Under the pieces are notes generated by a model. That model was not told the DNA's origin. It did not search any database and saw only the letters and a program-made list of their open reading frames with translations. Shown here one piece after another: positions 1-9,065 of a stretch of DNA of 64,000 bases. The translations under genes were made by a program, and so were the position numbers. The stretch is from positions 1-64,000 of the IMG/VR virus record IMGVR_UViG_3300028833_003296. The stretch is one strand, 5' to 3'. Within the stretch, counting starts at the first letter, position 1, and every line of letters starts with the position of its first letter. Source of the DNA: a virus (Duplodnaviria > Caudoviricetes).

Positions 1-302
1 GGAGCGGAGGAAGAGTTGGTGAAAAATATCGCAAACTGGAGCCCTCTTTTTATCACTTTTTATTGACAAACCGAGACACAACACAATTTCATTTCGTATT
101 CACCCTACTTCCTTGTGTCAATGACATGAAACGTAAGCCAAAGACTCTGCAAGGCGAGCATCAACAACTTGGAATGTATCTCTATAGATTGAACAGAATG
201 ACGCGAATAAATACGAGGGAGAGCAACTTGACAAGTTATATCAGCCATGAAAACCAAGTATTTTACGTTTATTCACATTTAATCATTATTTTTTAATATA
301 AA

Positions 303-320
303 TGTAACATAATTGTAACA
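303..320 (+). promoter_or_regulatory. Pho-box-like direct repeat (TGTAACA-N4-TGTAACA) upstream of the first Na/Pi cotransporter
   Basis: TGTAACA at 303 and 314 (11-bp period typical of OmpR/PhoB sites), upstream of a Bacteroidetes -7 box TAACTTTG at 352-359; an OmpR-family regulator is encoded nearby. Confidence 0.5.
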
Positions 321-387
321 TATTGCAGTTGCAGATAATCAATGTTTTTTATAACTTTGCAACATATTTTAAAATTATCATAACTCA

Positions 388-2106
388 ATGGAAACATCTC
401 AAAACTATTTGTTTTTGGTGCTGAAGTTACTCGGTTCTTTGGCGTTATTGATGTATGGTATGAAAACCATGAGTGATGCCTTGCAGAAAATGGCAGGTCC
501 ACAACTGAGACACGTGTTAGGAGCCATGACAACCAATAGGTTTACAGGAATGCTGACGGGTGTGTTTGTGACAGCTGCCGTACAGTCGTCAACAGCAACC
601 ACCGTGATGACGGTTTCTTTTGTCAGCGCAGGACTGCTGACCTTGGCACAAGCCATATCGGTCATCATGGGAGCGAATATCGGTACCACGCTCACGGCAT
701 GGATTATGTCGGCTGGTTTCTCCTTCAACATCACCGACTTTGTTTATCCCGCCTTTTTCATCGCCATTATCCTGATTTATAATAAACGTCGCCGAGTAAT
801 TGGAGATTTCCTGTACGGTATCGCCTTTATGTTTTTAGGATTAGGAACCCTGCGACAGACAGGTATTGACATCAATTTAGGCGAACAGGAAGCGGTACTT
901 AATTTCTTCTCCAGTTTTGATCCAAACAGTTATGTAACCACGCTCACATTCCTTCTCATCGGTGGTATATTGACCATGTGCGTGCAATCGTCAGCCGCAG
1001 TGATGGCTATCACGATGATACTCTGTTCATCGGGTGTACTCCCCATTTACCAGGGTATTGCACTGGTGATGGGTGAAAACATCGGTACAACCGTTACCTC
1101 CAACATCGTTGCCATGTCGGCTGGTACACAAGCGAGACGAGCAGCATTCGCACACATGTTCTTTAACCTATTTGGTGTTTGTTGGATATTGATTATCTTC
1201 CATCCATTCGTCAATATGGTATGCAGTCTTGTGGGATATGACGTAACGATGACAAAAGACACGGTGAGCAATGCCGAATTTCTGGCAAATTCAGCCAAGT
1301 TGAGTTTCGTCCTCGCAGCATTCCACACTTGCTTTAACTTGGTGAACACAGGTATCTTGATTTGGTTCATCCCCCAAATAGAAAAGTTGGTTTGCTTTGT
1401 TATCAAAACCAAGAAAGATGACGAGGAAGAAGACACACGCCTTCAATACATACAAGGTGGCTTGATGAAAACCCCAGAAATCTCTGTGTTACAGGCACAA
1501 AAAGAAATCACGCTCTTCGGTGAACGCATACAACGAATGTTTGGTATGGTCCGCGATTTGGTAGAGGAGAAAGATGGAGATAAATTCAACAAGCTCTATA
1601 GTCGTATTGAGAAATACGAAGGTATCAGCGACAACATGGAAATAGAGATTGCCCGCTATCTGGAGCAAGTGAGTGATGCTCACCTTTCTGACGAGACGAA
1701 AGAGAAGATTCGTAGGATGATGAGGCAAATCAGTGAAATTGAGAGTATCGGTGACGCTTGCTACAACCTGGCTCGCACACTGAACAGAAAGATGCAATCC
1801 AATAAAGACTTCACCGAGAACCAGTATAAGCAAATTCACAACATGATCAAGCTCACTGACGACTCGCTTACACAAATGAACATCAACTTAAAAGGAAGAC
1901 GCGAGGAGCTGGATATCAATGAGACATTCCGTATTGAGAACGATATCAACACATTACGCAACCGCTTGAAGACCGAAAACATCCAAGCCGTAAACGACCA
2001 TCAATACGACTACTCCATCGGTACGATGTACACCGACTTTATCAGCGAATGCGAGAAATTGGGCGATTATGTGGTTAACGTAGTGGAGGCAAGATTGGGA
2101 AAGTAA
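388..2106 (+). CDS. nptA: Na+/Pi cotransporter family protein (NptA/YjbB-like) with C-terminal PhoU-like domain
   Basis: Repeated QSS-(S/A)-A...GANIGTT / GENIGTT motifs in a hydrophobic N-terminal two-thirds; helical C-terminus ending ECEKLGDYVVNV. Confidence 0.9.
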   Translation: METSQNYLFLVLKLLGSLALLMYGMKTMSDALQKMAGPQLRHVLGAMTTNRFTGMLTGVFVTAAVQSSTATTVMTVSFVSAGLLTLAQAISVIMGANIGTTLTAWIMSAGFSFNITDFVYPAFFIAIILIYNKRRRVIGDFLYGIAFMFLGLGTLRQTGIDINLGEQEAVLNFFSSFDPNSYVTTLTFLLIGGILTMCVQSSAAVMAITMILCSSGVLPIYQGIALVMGENIGTTVTSNIVAMSAGTQARRAAFAHMFFNLFGVCWILIIFHPFVNMVCSLVGYDVTMTKDTVSNAEFLANSAKLSFVLAAFHTCFNLVNTGILIWFIPQIEKLVCFVIKTKKDDEEEDTRLQYIQGGLMKTPEISVLQAQKEITLFGERIQRMFGMVRDLVEEKDGDKFNKLYSRIEKYEGISDNMEIEIARYLEQVSDAHLSDETKEKIRRMMRQISEIESIGDACYNLARTLNRKMQSNKDFTENQYKQIHNMIKLTDDSLTQMNINLKGRREELDINETFRIENDINTLRNRLKTENIQAVNDHQYDYSIGTMYTDFISECEKLGDYVVNVVEARLGK

Positions 2107-2130
2107 CAACATTGTAATATCTTCGTAACC
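2102..2130 (+). promoter_or_regulatory. Degenerate Pho-box-like triple repeat upstream of the second cotransporter
   Basis: AGTAACA / TGTAATA / CGTAACC at 2102, 2113, 2124 (11-bp period); -7 box TACCTTTG near 2173. Confidence 0.35.
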
Positions 2131-2206
2131 ATAACTTAATACCATTTGTTATGAGTATCGGCTGAAAGGCAGTACCTTTGTAGCATACTCATAACAAATA
2201 TTTTTT

Positions 2207-3892
2207 ATGGATAATACGAATGATTATTTGATGGTCTCCATGAAGATTTTGGGGGCACTTGGTCTGCTCATCTTTGGTATGAAACTGATGAGTGAATCTC
2301 TACAAAAGATGGCAGGTCCGCAACTGCGACACATCCTTGCCAGTATGACTACCAACAGATGGACAGGAATGCTAACAGGCGTATTGGTGACATGTGCCGT
2401 ACAATCATCATCCGCAACCACAGTCATGACAGTGTCTTTCGTCAATGCAGGCTTACTAACATTGGCACAGGCTATCTCCATCATCATGGGAGCCAATATA
2501 GGAACCACGCTCACGGCATGGATTATTTCTTTAGGTTACAACTTAGACCTGACGGCGGTGGTCTTCCCGGCATTCTTGATAGGTATGATTCTCATCTATC
2601 GGCATAAGCATCGCTTCGTGGGAGAGTTTTTGTTTGGTGTGGCTTTTATGTTTTACTCTTTGGTCATGCTTAGTCAGTCAGGCAAATCACTCGACTTGGC
2701 AAACAATGAAGCAGTAGTCAACTTTTTCGCCTCGTTTGACACGTCAAGCCATCTCACCATTATTGCATTCCTTCTGATAGGTACCATTATTACGTGTATC
2801 GTCCAGTCATCAGCTGCGGTAATGGCTATTACCATCATGCTATGTTCCACCGGCGTATTACCAATATATATGGGTATTGCATTGGTGATGGGTGAAAACA
2901 TCGGAACAACAGCCACAGCCAATCTTGCTGCATTAGGCGCAAACAGACAGGCACGAAGAGCAGCTCTCGCCCACTTGATATTCAATGTGATCGGTGTGAC
3001 TTGGGTGTTATTGGTTTTCTATCCTTTCGTAGAAGGTGTATGTTACCTTTCGGGGTACGATGTAACGGCAGGAGGACAAGCCGAGAAACTGCCTATCGTA
3101 TTGGCCATGTTCCATACTTGTTTTAACATCACCAACACACTATTGCTCATAGGATTTATACCACAGATAGAAAAGGTTTGCAATAGAATCATCCAAAATC
3201 AAAAGGAATCTGATGAGAATATCCTACAATTGAAATATATCCATTCAAACTTGATACAGACACCAGAAATCGCTGTCTTGCAAGCTCAAAAGGAAATCGT
3301 GAACTATGCCGCAAACATACAGAAGATGTTTGGTATAGTGGAGACACTGCTCAACGAGAGGGATAACGACAAACAAACAACAATTTTCAAACAAGTAGAA
3401 CAACTTGAGGGCGAATCTGACAAGGTGGAATTAGACATTGCTGATTTCTTACAGCAGGTGAGCGAATCTACCTTATCAGACGAGACAACGACAAAAATCA
3501 ACCTCATGCTCAGAACTATCGGAGAATTGGAAAGTATCGCCGATTCATCCTATAACCTGGCTCGCATCCTCAACCGACGTACAGAAACAGACAAAGACTT
3601 TACGGCAGATCAGTACATACAACTGAACATGATGACAAGACTGACCAACGAAGCGCTTACGCAAATGAATCTCGTCATGAATGGATTCCGTGAAAACCAT
3701 ACCATCGAGGAGACCTATCGAATAGAAAACGACATCAATACGATGCGCAATAGAGTGAAAGCGGAAAATATCAACAAGCTTGAAGAACATCAATACAAAT
3801 ATGCCGTAGGTGTGATGTACATTGATTTCATCAACGAATGTGAGAAGTTGGGAGATTATGTGGTGAATGTGGTGCAGGCAAGATTGCGTTAA
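2207..3892 (+). CDS. nptA: Na+/Pi cotransporter family protein, tandem paralog
   Basis: Same motifs as 388..2106 and end-to-end similarity to it. Confidence 0.9.
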   Translation: MDNTNDYLMVSMKILGALGLLIFGMKLMSESLQKMAGPQLRHILASMTTNRWTGMLTGVLVTCAVQSSSATTVMTVSFVNAGLLTLAQAISIIMGANIGTTLTAWIISLGYNLDLTAVVFPAFLIGMILIYRHKHRFVGEFLFGVAFMFYSLVMLSQSGKSLDLANNEAVVNFFASFDTSSHLTIIAFLLIGTIITCIVQSSAAVMAITIMLCSTGVLPIYMGIALVMGENIGTTATANLAALGANRQARRAALAHLIFNVIGVTWVLLVFYPFVEGVCYLSGYDVTAGGQAEKLPIVLAMFHTCFNITNTLLLIGFIPQIEKVCNRIIQNQKESDENILQLKYIHSNLIQTPEIAVLQAQKEIVNYAANIQKMFGIVETLLNERDNDKQTTIFKQVEQLEGESDKVELDIADFLQQVSESTLSDETTTKINLMLRTIGELESIADSSYNLARILNRRTETDKDFTADQYIQLNMMTRLTNEALTQMNLVMNGFRENHTIEETYRIENDINTMRNRVKAENINKLEEHQYKYAVGVMYIDFINECEKLGDYVVNVVQARLR

Positions 3893-3977
3893 AATCAAGC
3901 CAATCAAGTTTATATTTCAAAAAAAATAACTATTTTTGCAACAACTATCATTCTTCAATCTTACTGACCCATAAAAT

Positions 3978-4634
3978 ATGAGAAAGATTCTTATCGTAGA
4001 TGATGAAAAAGACCTATGCGACATCTTGTATTTTAACCTGCAAGTTAATGGATATGAAGCGAGAGTGGCTTATTCCGCAGAAAAGGCGTTGGAACTTCTG
4101 CAAGAAAGTAAGTTCGACCTAATGCTACTTGACGTGATGATGGAGGGGATGTCTGGGTTTGAACTCGCCAACCACATCAAGGGGATGGTTCCCATCATCT
4201 TCATCACCGCCAAAGATTCGGAAGAAGACATGCTAAAGGGATTCCAACTCGGTGCGGATGATTACATATCAAAACCATTCTCCGTGCGCGAGGTCTTGGC
4301 AAGAGTAAAGGCAGTAATAAACAGAACGTGTTCGGACGAATCGAAAAACATCAATTACAAAGGTTTAAGCCTGAACATGAACAACAAAACCGTTACGATA
4401 GACGGTGAAGACGTGCAACTGACCAAAACGGAATATGAGATACTGAAACTGTTGATTAGTGAACAAGGACATGTCTTCTCTCGCCAGCAACTCATAGAAC
4501 GTATATGGCCAAAAGACGTTATCGTAACCGACCGCACCGTGGACGTGAACATCACACGACTGCGGAAAAAAGTGGGAGAATATGCGGTAAACATCATCAC
4601 ACGACAAGGATTTGGTTATTACTTTGAAGCATGA
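3978..4634 (+). CDS. OmpR/PhoB-family response regulator
   Basis: Receiver domain (ILIVDDE, LLDVMM, FITAK, GADDYISKPF) plus winged helix (LTKTEYEIL, RTVDVNITRLRKK, TRQGFGY). Confidence 0.92.
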   Translation: MRKILIVDDEKDLCDILYFNLQVNGYEARVAYSAEKALELLQESKFDLMLLDVMMEGMSGFELANHIKGMVPIIFITAKDSEEDMLKGFQLGADDYISKPFSVREVLARVKAVINRTCSDESKNINYKGLSLNMNNKTVTIDGEDVQLTKTEYEILKLLISEQGHVFSRQQLIERIWPKDVIVTDRTVDVNITRLRKKVGEYAVNIITRQGFGYYFEA

Positions 4635-5548
4635 AAAATTTATCCGAAGGACGAAAGATGTTTTTCAGCGTCATGGCTATATTCATGATTTACGCTGCCA
4701 TTTTCATTGTCTTTGAAGACTATGACAGAAACATCAATCAACCCTTCGGAGAACCAAGCGATTGGCATTTGCTGGGATTTTCCATCATCATATTCATTAT
4801 CTTGGCATATATCCTTAAAAGGTATGCTCATAGAATGGATGAGAGAATCAGTAGAGAGCAAGCAACAAAGGAAAACGAGATGCGTAGGCAACTCACACAC
4901 AACATTGCCCATGAACTGAAAACGCCCGTGGCAAGCATCCTCGGTTATACGGAAACCCTACTCGACCATCCAAATATCGATGAGAAGACAAGGCACCTTT
5001 TCATCTCACGCACACAAACTCAGGCACAAAGGCTCACGGCTTTGTTACAAGACATCTCGACACTTAACAGGATGGATTATGCTCCACACGTATTGGAGAA
5101 GGAAAACATCAACGTTTCCATCTTGGTTTCGGAAATAGCACAAGAGACTTCTCTTGCCCTATCACACCGAAAAATGACTCTTCACAATTGTTTGCCTGAA
5201 GATATATGGGTTTACGGAAACCCATCACTATTATATAGTATTTTCAGAAATCTTTTCGACAATGCTATCAACTATGCTGGGGAAAACACGACCATCAAGA
5301 TTTCTGCACATAAACAAGAGCCTTATTGGAAATTCACATTCCACGACAATGGTCAAGGTATAGCCGCAGAGCATCTTCCCAGAATCTATGAGCGTTTCTA
5401 TAGAATAGACAAAGGACGTAGCCGCTCTATGGGGGGAACAGGACTGGGATTGGCAATTGTGAAAAACGCTGTATTGATGCATGGTGGAAACATCTCTGTA
5501 GAGAGTAATAACGGACTCACGTTTACGTTCTCGCTAAAAATAAAATAA
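4631..5548 (+). CDS. Sensor histidine kinase (PhoR-like)
   Basis: Two N-terminal TM segments, H-box IAHELKTP, N-box NLFDNAINY, G boxes DNGQG and GGTGLGLAIVK; ATGA overlap with the regulator. Confidence 0.92.
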   Translation: MKNLSEGRKMFFSVMAIFMIYAAIFIVFEDYDRNINQPFGEPSDWHLLGFSIIIFIILAYILKRYAHRMDERISREQATKENEMRRQLTHNIAHELKTPVASILGYTETLLDHPNIDEKTRHLFISRTQTQAQRLTALLQDISTLNRMDYAPHVLEKENINVSILVSEIAQETSLALSHRKMTLHNCLPEDIWVYGNPSLLYSIFRNLFDNAINYAGENTTIKISAHKQEPYWKFTFHDNGQGIAAEHLPRIYERFYRIDKGRSRSMGGTGLGLAIVKNAVLMHGGNISVESNNGLTFTFSLKIK

Positions 5549-5852
5549 TCTCACCAATGGAAATTGCCACGTTAGAACAATTGGAGAAATAACTTCTTTA
5601 AAGATATTCCATGAGAGTATTTTATCAACCTCATTCATCTCACTCGCTATCGCATAATCAGGTAAAGAAAAGGTGAGATTATTGCTTTGGTATGGATTAA
5701 TATGCCTTTCTTCTCTGTATTATAACGCCATTTCTCGCATGATAAGACTCAAAATCCCATTTGTTTGCTTTATTTTTGAAAAATTCATGTGTTTTTATTT
5801 GTTAGTTCAAAAAAACTTTGTACCTTTGCATTCGCTTTTGCAAGCATAAGTT

Positions 5853-5928
5853 CGGGATTTAGCGCAGTTGGTAGCGCACACGTCTGGGGGGCGCGAGGTC
5901 GCTGGTTCGAGTCCAGTAATCCCGACCA
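5853..5928 (+). tRNA. tRNA-Pro (anticodon GGG)
   Basis: Cloverleaf: acceptor CGGGATT/AATCCCG, D arm GCGC-AGTTGGTA-GCGC, anticodon loop CT-GGG-GG (5886-5888), T loop TTCGAGT, encoded CCA; one A:C mismatch in the anticodon stem. Confidence 0.93.
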
Positions 5929-5976
5929 GATTAAAGTTAAAGGGTTGGTTTCCAACCCTTTAATCGTTGTCGGAGG
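5910..5976 (+). repeat. Left att junction of prophage 1 (18-bp core AGTCCAGTAATCCCGACC plus 47-bp arm)
   Basis: 67-bp direct repeat with 47602-47668, only 2 mismatches (5928-5929); overlaps the tRNA 3' end and precedes the integrase. Confidence 0.9.
5937..5963 (+). terminator. 12-bp hairpin downstream of the tRNA (terminator or integrase arm site)
   Basis: TTAAAGGGTTGG-ttt-CCAACCCTTTAA; identical copy at 47629-47655. Confidence 0.6.
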
Positions 5977-6050
5977 GATGTCGCTCGGACAGATTTAGGA
6001 CAGGAAATTTTACTATAATACATAATTCGGAACTCATTTCGGCAAATGAA

Positions 6051-7226
6051 ATGGGTAAAAAAATGACTTTTTCAGCGGGAATAATTAACCAGGTTAAAGG
6101 TTGGACTCCACCGACTTTTCACCAGGGCAAGGAATGCTACGTCAGTTTCTCGGCATTCGATCCCGTTTCCTCGAAAATGAAGAGAAAGAAAATCATGTTG
6201 GGAAGAATCAAGGGTAAGCAGGCGCAGAAGGTCTATGCCCGTGGTATCATCAACCGACTGACGGAGAAACTGCTTGACGGGTGGAATCCGTGGATCGAGC
6301 AAACGGCACCGATGGAGTATACGATGTTTGCGGATGTTTGCGACAATTACCGTGACTACCTTTACAAACTGGTCAAGGATGACGACATGCGCGAGGATTC
6401 GCTTGCGAGCTATCTCAGCTACATGCGCGTCTTCAGCAGCTGGGCATCGAAGAACAACATGAAGTACATCTTTCAGCTCAACAAGAGAAAGGTGTGCGAG
6501 TTCCTGGACTATGTTTTCGTGGAAAGAAACAACACGCTGCAGACAAGAAACAATTACCTTGCGTGGTTGAAATCCTTCAGCACGTGGCTGCTTCAGCGTT
6601 CTTACCTGACGGTTAGCCCTACCGATGGTTTATCACTGGTACAGCGACGATCAAAGAAGAAAAACCGCGACGTGATACCAGACAAGGATCTGCAGAGAAT
6701 CCACGATTATCTGATGACGAAAAACAAGCACTATCTATTGGCTTGCTACCTGTTGCATTATATGTTCATTCGACCTCACGAAATGACATTTATAAAAATA
6801 GGTGACATCAGACTTTCTGGACCTACCCTAACGCTCCATGGAGAGACAACCAAGAACAGGAACGATGCAGTGCTGACCATTCCAAAGAAGGTGGTGCACC
6901 TGATGTTAGACCTCGATGTTTTCAAGCATCCAAGCAACCATTACCTGTTCAGCGATAAGTTTATGCCAGGAAGGGAAAGGAAGTCTGAGAAGATGTTTCG
7001 CGACTATTGGCTGTCACGTGTCAGGAAGGATTTGAAATTGTCTTCTGCCTATAAGTTTTACAGCCTGAAAGATACGGGTATCACGAACATGCTGAAGGCG
7101 AACCTCGACGTGCTGACCGTGCGCGATCAGGCGCGACATTCATCCATCCTGATTACCGATACCTATACGCCAAAGGACATCAAGGAGGCAAACAAGGTGT
7201 TGCTCAACTATGAGGGAGTGTTATAG
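6051..7226 (+). CDS. int: Tyrosine integrase of prophage 1
   Basis: Catalytic motifs FIRPHE (R), KN (K), YSLKDTG, RDQARHSS, TDTY; adjacent to the att site; start placed at MGKKM (6051). Confidence 0.92.
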   Translation: MGKKMTFSAGIINQVKGWTPPTFHQGKECYVSFSAFDPVSSKMKRKKIMLGRIKGKQAQKVYARGIINRLTEKLLDGWNPWIEQTAPMEYTMFADVCDNYRDYLYKLVKDDDMREDSLASYLSYMRVFSSWASKNNMKYIFQLNKRKVCEFLDYVFVERNNTLQTRNNYLAWLKSFSTWLLQRSYLTVSPTDGLSLVQRRSKKKNRDVIPDKDLQRIHDYLMTKNKHYLLACYLLHYMFIRPHEMTFIKIGDIRLSGPTLTLHGETTKNRNDAVLTIPKKVVHLMLDLDVFKHPSNHYLFSDKFMPGRERKSEKMFRDYWLSRVRKDLKLSSAYKFYSLKDTGITNMLKANLDVLTVRDQARHSSILITDTYTPKDIKEANKVLLNYEGVL

Positions 7227-9059
7227 CATCTCGAAGAAATAGCCCGTCTTCAGGTCTTGAATCTTGTCATCCTTTATCTCCACCTCTATCTTCTCGCACA
7301 GGAACCGCTTGCCACGGATGATGTATATTTTCTTCGGGTCGGGCATTCCTTCGTACAAGAACCGCATCGTGTGGCGGATATGTCCCTCGATGCGACGCGC
7401 GGAACCGTGAAGAGAGCCGATGGTGTTGCTTACCCTGTCGCGGTCGAGAGCCAAGGAATTAACGGGGTAAAGAGAGTCGTACCATCCCGAATAGGCAAAG
7501 GTTTGGGGAAAGCGAATGTTCAGTTTGCAAACCCACCCGTCGCTCGATTCGTCGTGGAAGTTATACTCCACGCTATTTCCCAACGTGAAAATCTCCAGAC
7601 GTTCCACCACCTCGTCATCCTTTTGCGCTTCATCGTCAATCGCCATCTTCACGCTGTAATAAGCTGGCGAATCGTCGTCTTCCTCCACAGGTTCGTCCGT
7701 GCAAGGCAGATTGACAGCATTCTCGTACCATCCCGTAGATAAATTGCCAACCAATCCTTTCATGGCCTTAAACCTGACAAATCCCATTGCCACAGGTGCA
7801 ATGTTGAGCGTAACGGTATCTTCAGCGTTTCCTTCAGTACGTGTGAGGTGTTGCAACTGTCCTGCATCTCGATAGAAAAAGGTCTTTTCGTTGTTTGCTC
7901 CCTCCACGTAATCAGAAAAGAAATATCCTTCAGGACATTTCCATATCGTGGTCATGAGTGTCTCCTCGTCAGATTGCGTAGCCATCCAGTCATTGATAGC
8001 TGCTTGCTTGCTGTCGAACTCCCTGACGTTGAATAACGTCAAAATATCCTCGCTGATGTCAATTCCTGCAGGGTGAGCGTCGCTGAGATTGTATGCGAGA
8101 TTGGATGATCCAACGAGTTTGATGCCGTCGTCGTCGTATTCTGCACTAAACTCATCTACACATTCCACTGCCACTTCATCACTCGACAGGCTGGCATTGT
8201 CCATCATGAATGCCGTGTGCGATTCTTCAGAAAACACGAACGTAACGTTAAACAGTTGTTCCACTTCCTGAAGAAAACGCTCAACGGTCCAATGTGGCAA
8301 AGCCATGGCAACCTTTACGGTTGGTTTCCTGACGTTGCACATATACACATTGGGAAACAACTCGTAAGCCCTCGACTGGATGAGTTGGGCATTGCCAGAA
8401 GGGATGTCGTACTCATACCAGCTTAATTTAAGTTCGTACCCCAATGATTCCATGCACGTGCGCACCACGAACCACAGATTAGGCTGCACTGAAGGATTGT
8501 GCAACGAAATGCGTGTGCCGTTCTCGTAGAACCAAGGCCAGTTGCATACGATGCTGCCCGAATGTATGATCGTGAAGGTGCAATAAGTCAACAGCTCTTC
8601 ATACTTGCTTTCGAATTCTGAGCGAATGTAGCCTTTTGGATTGTTAGATACGGGAAAGTATGTGTATGCTGCAGGCATAACGTAATTCAGACGGTCGATG
8701 TATTCCTGGGCGAAACCTTCCATATACCTGTACTCCTCTTTCCCTGCAAGTATCTGCAGCCTTGCCTCGGTGTCGGATACGTAGGTCACGGTACCCGTTC
8801 CAGTGATGATTCTCGTGTTGCCAGCGTATAGCGTACAGTCTTTGAACTGCGCCTTTCGCCTTGTCACGTCGATGCGGTTGATATGCCCGAACACTTCCAT
8901 GTTCTCTCTCATGCTCAACGGGAAGGTGATTTCCATCGTCCACGTGTCACGAGTCTTAATCATGATATTCTCCTTGGTCAGCTTCACCGACTGGTTGCTG
9001 GCGTGGCACTCGTGGCGTACCGTCGTGCCGTTGGCTGTGATGGGAATGATGCACTTCAT
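7221..9059 (-). CDS. Minor tail (hub/distal-type) protein
   Basis: Directly downstream of the tape measure gene; similar layout to 58748..60883 (N-terminal ...FPL..., ...FLQEVEQLFNVTF...). Confidence 0.6.
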   Translation of the reverse strand: MKCIIPITANGTTVRHECHASNQSVKLTKENIMIKTRDTWTMEITFPLSMRENMEVFGHINRIDVTRRKAQFKDCTLYAGNTRIITGTGTVTYVSDTEARLQILAGKEEYRYMEGFAQEYIDRLNYVMPAAYTYFPVSNNPKGYIRSEFESKYEELLTYCTFTIIHSGSIVCNWPWFYENGTRISLHNPSVQPNLWFVVRTCMESLGYELKLSWYEYDIPSGNAQLIQSRAYELFPNVYMCNVRKPTVKVAMALPHWTVERFLQEVEQLFNVTFVFSEESHTAFMMDNASLSSDEVAVECVDEFSAEYDDDGIKLVGSSNLAYNLSDAHPAGIDISEDILTLFNVREFDSKQAAINDWMATQSDEETLMTTIWKCPEGYFFSDYVEGANNEKTFFYRDAGQLQHLTRTEGNAEDTVTLNIAPVAMGFVRFKAMKGLVGNLSTGWYENAVNLPCTDEPVEEDDDSPAYYSVKMAIDDEAQKDDEVVERLEIFTLGNSVEYNFHDESSDGWVCKLNIRFPQTFAYSGWYDSLYPVNSLALDRDRVSNTIGSLHGSARRIEGHIRHTMRFLYEGMPDPKKIYIIRGKRFLCEKIEVEIKDDKIQDLKTGYFFEML

Positions 9060-9065
9060 GTCTTT

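Noticed and set aside
5879-5895. A:C mismatch in the tRNA-Pro anticodon stem as a sign of a pseudo-tRNA
   Set aside because: All other arms and the CCA are intact and an upstream promoter is present; a single mismatch is tolerated or may be a sequencing variant.
5967-6050. Extended N-termini of the two integrases (starts 5967 and 47637)
   Set aside because: The extensions run through the att arm and hairpin; homology between the paralogs begins only near 6051 and 47754.
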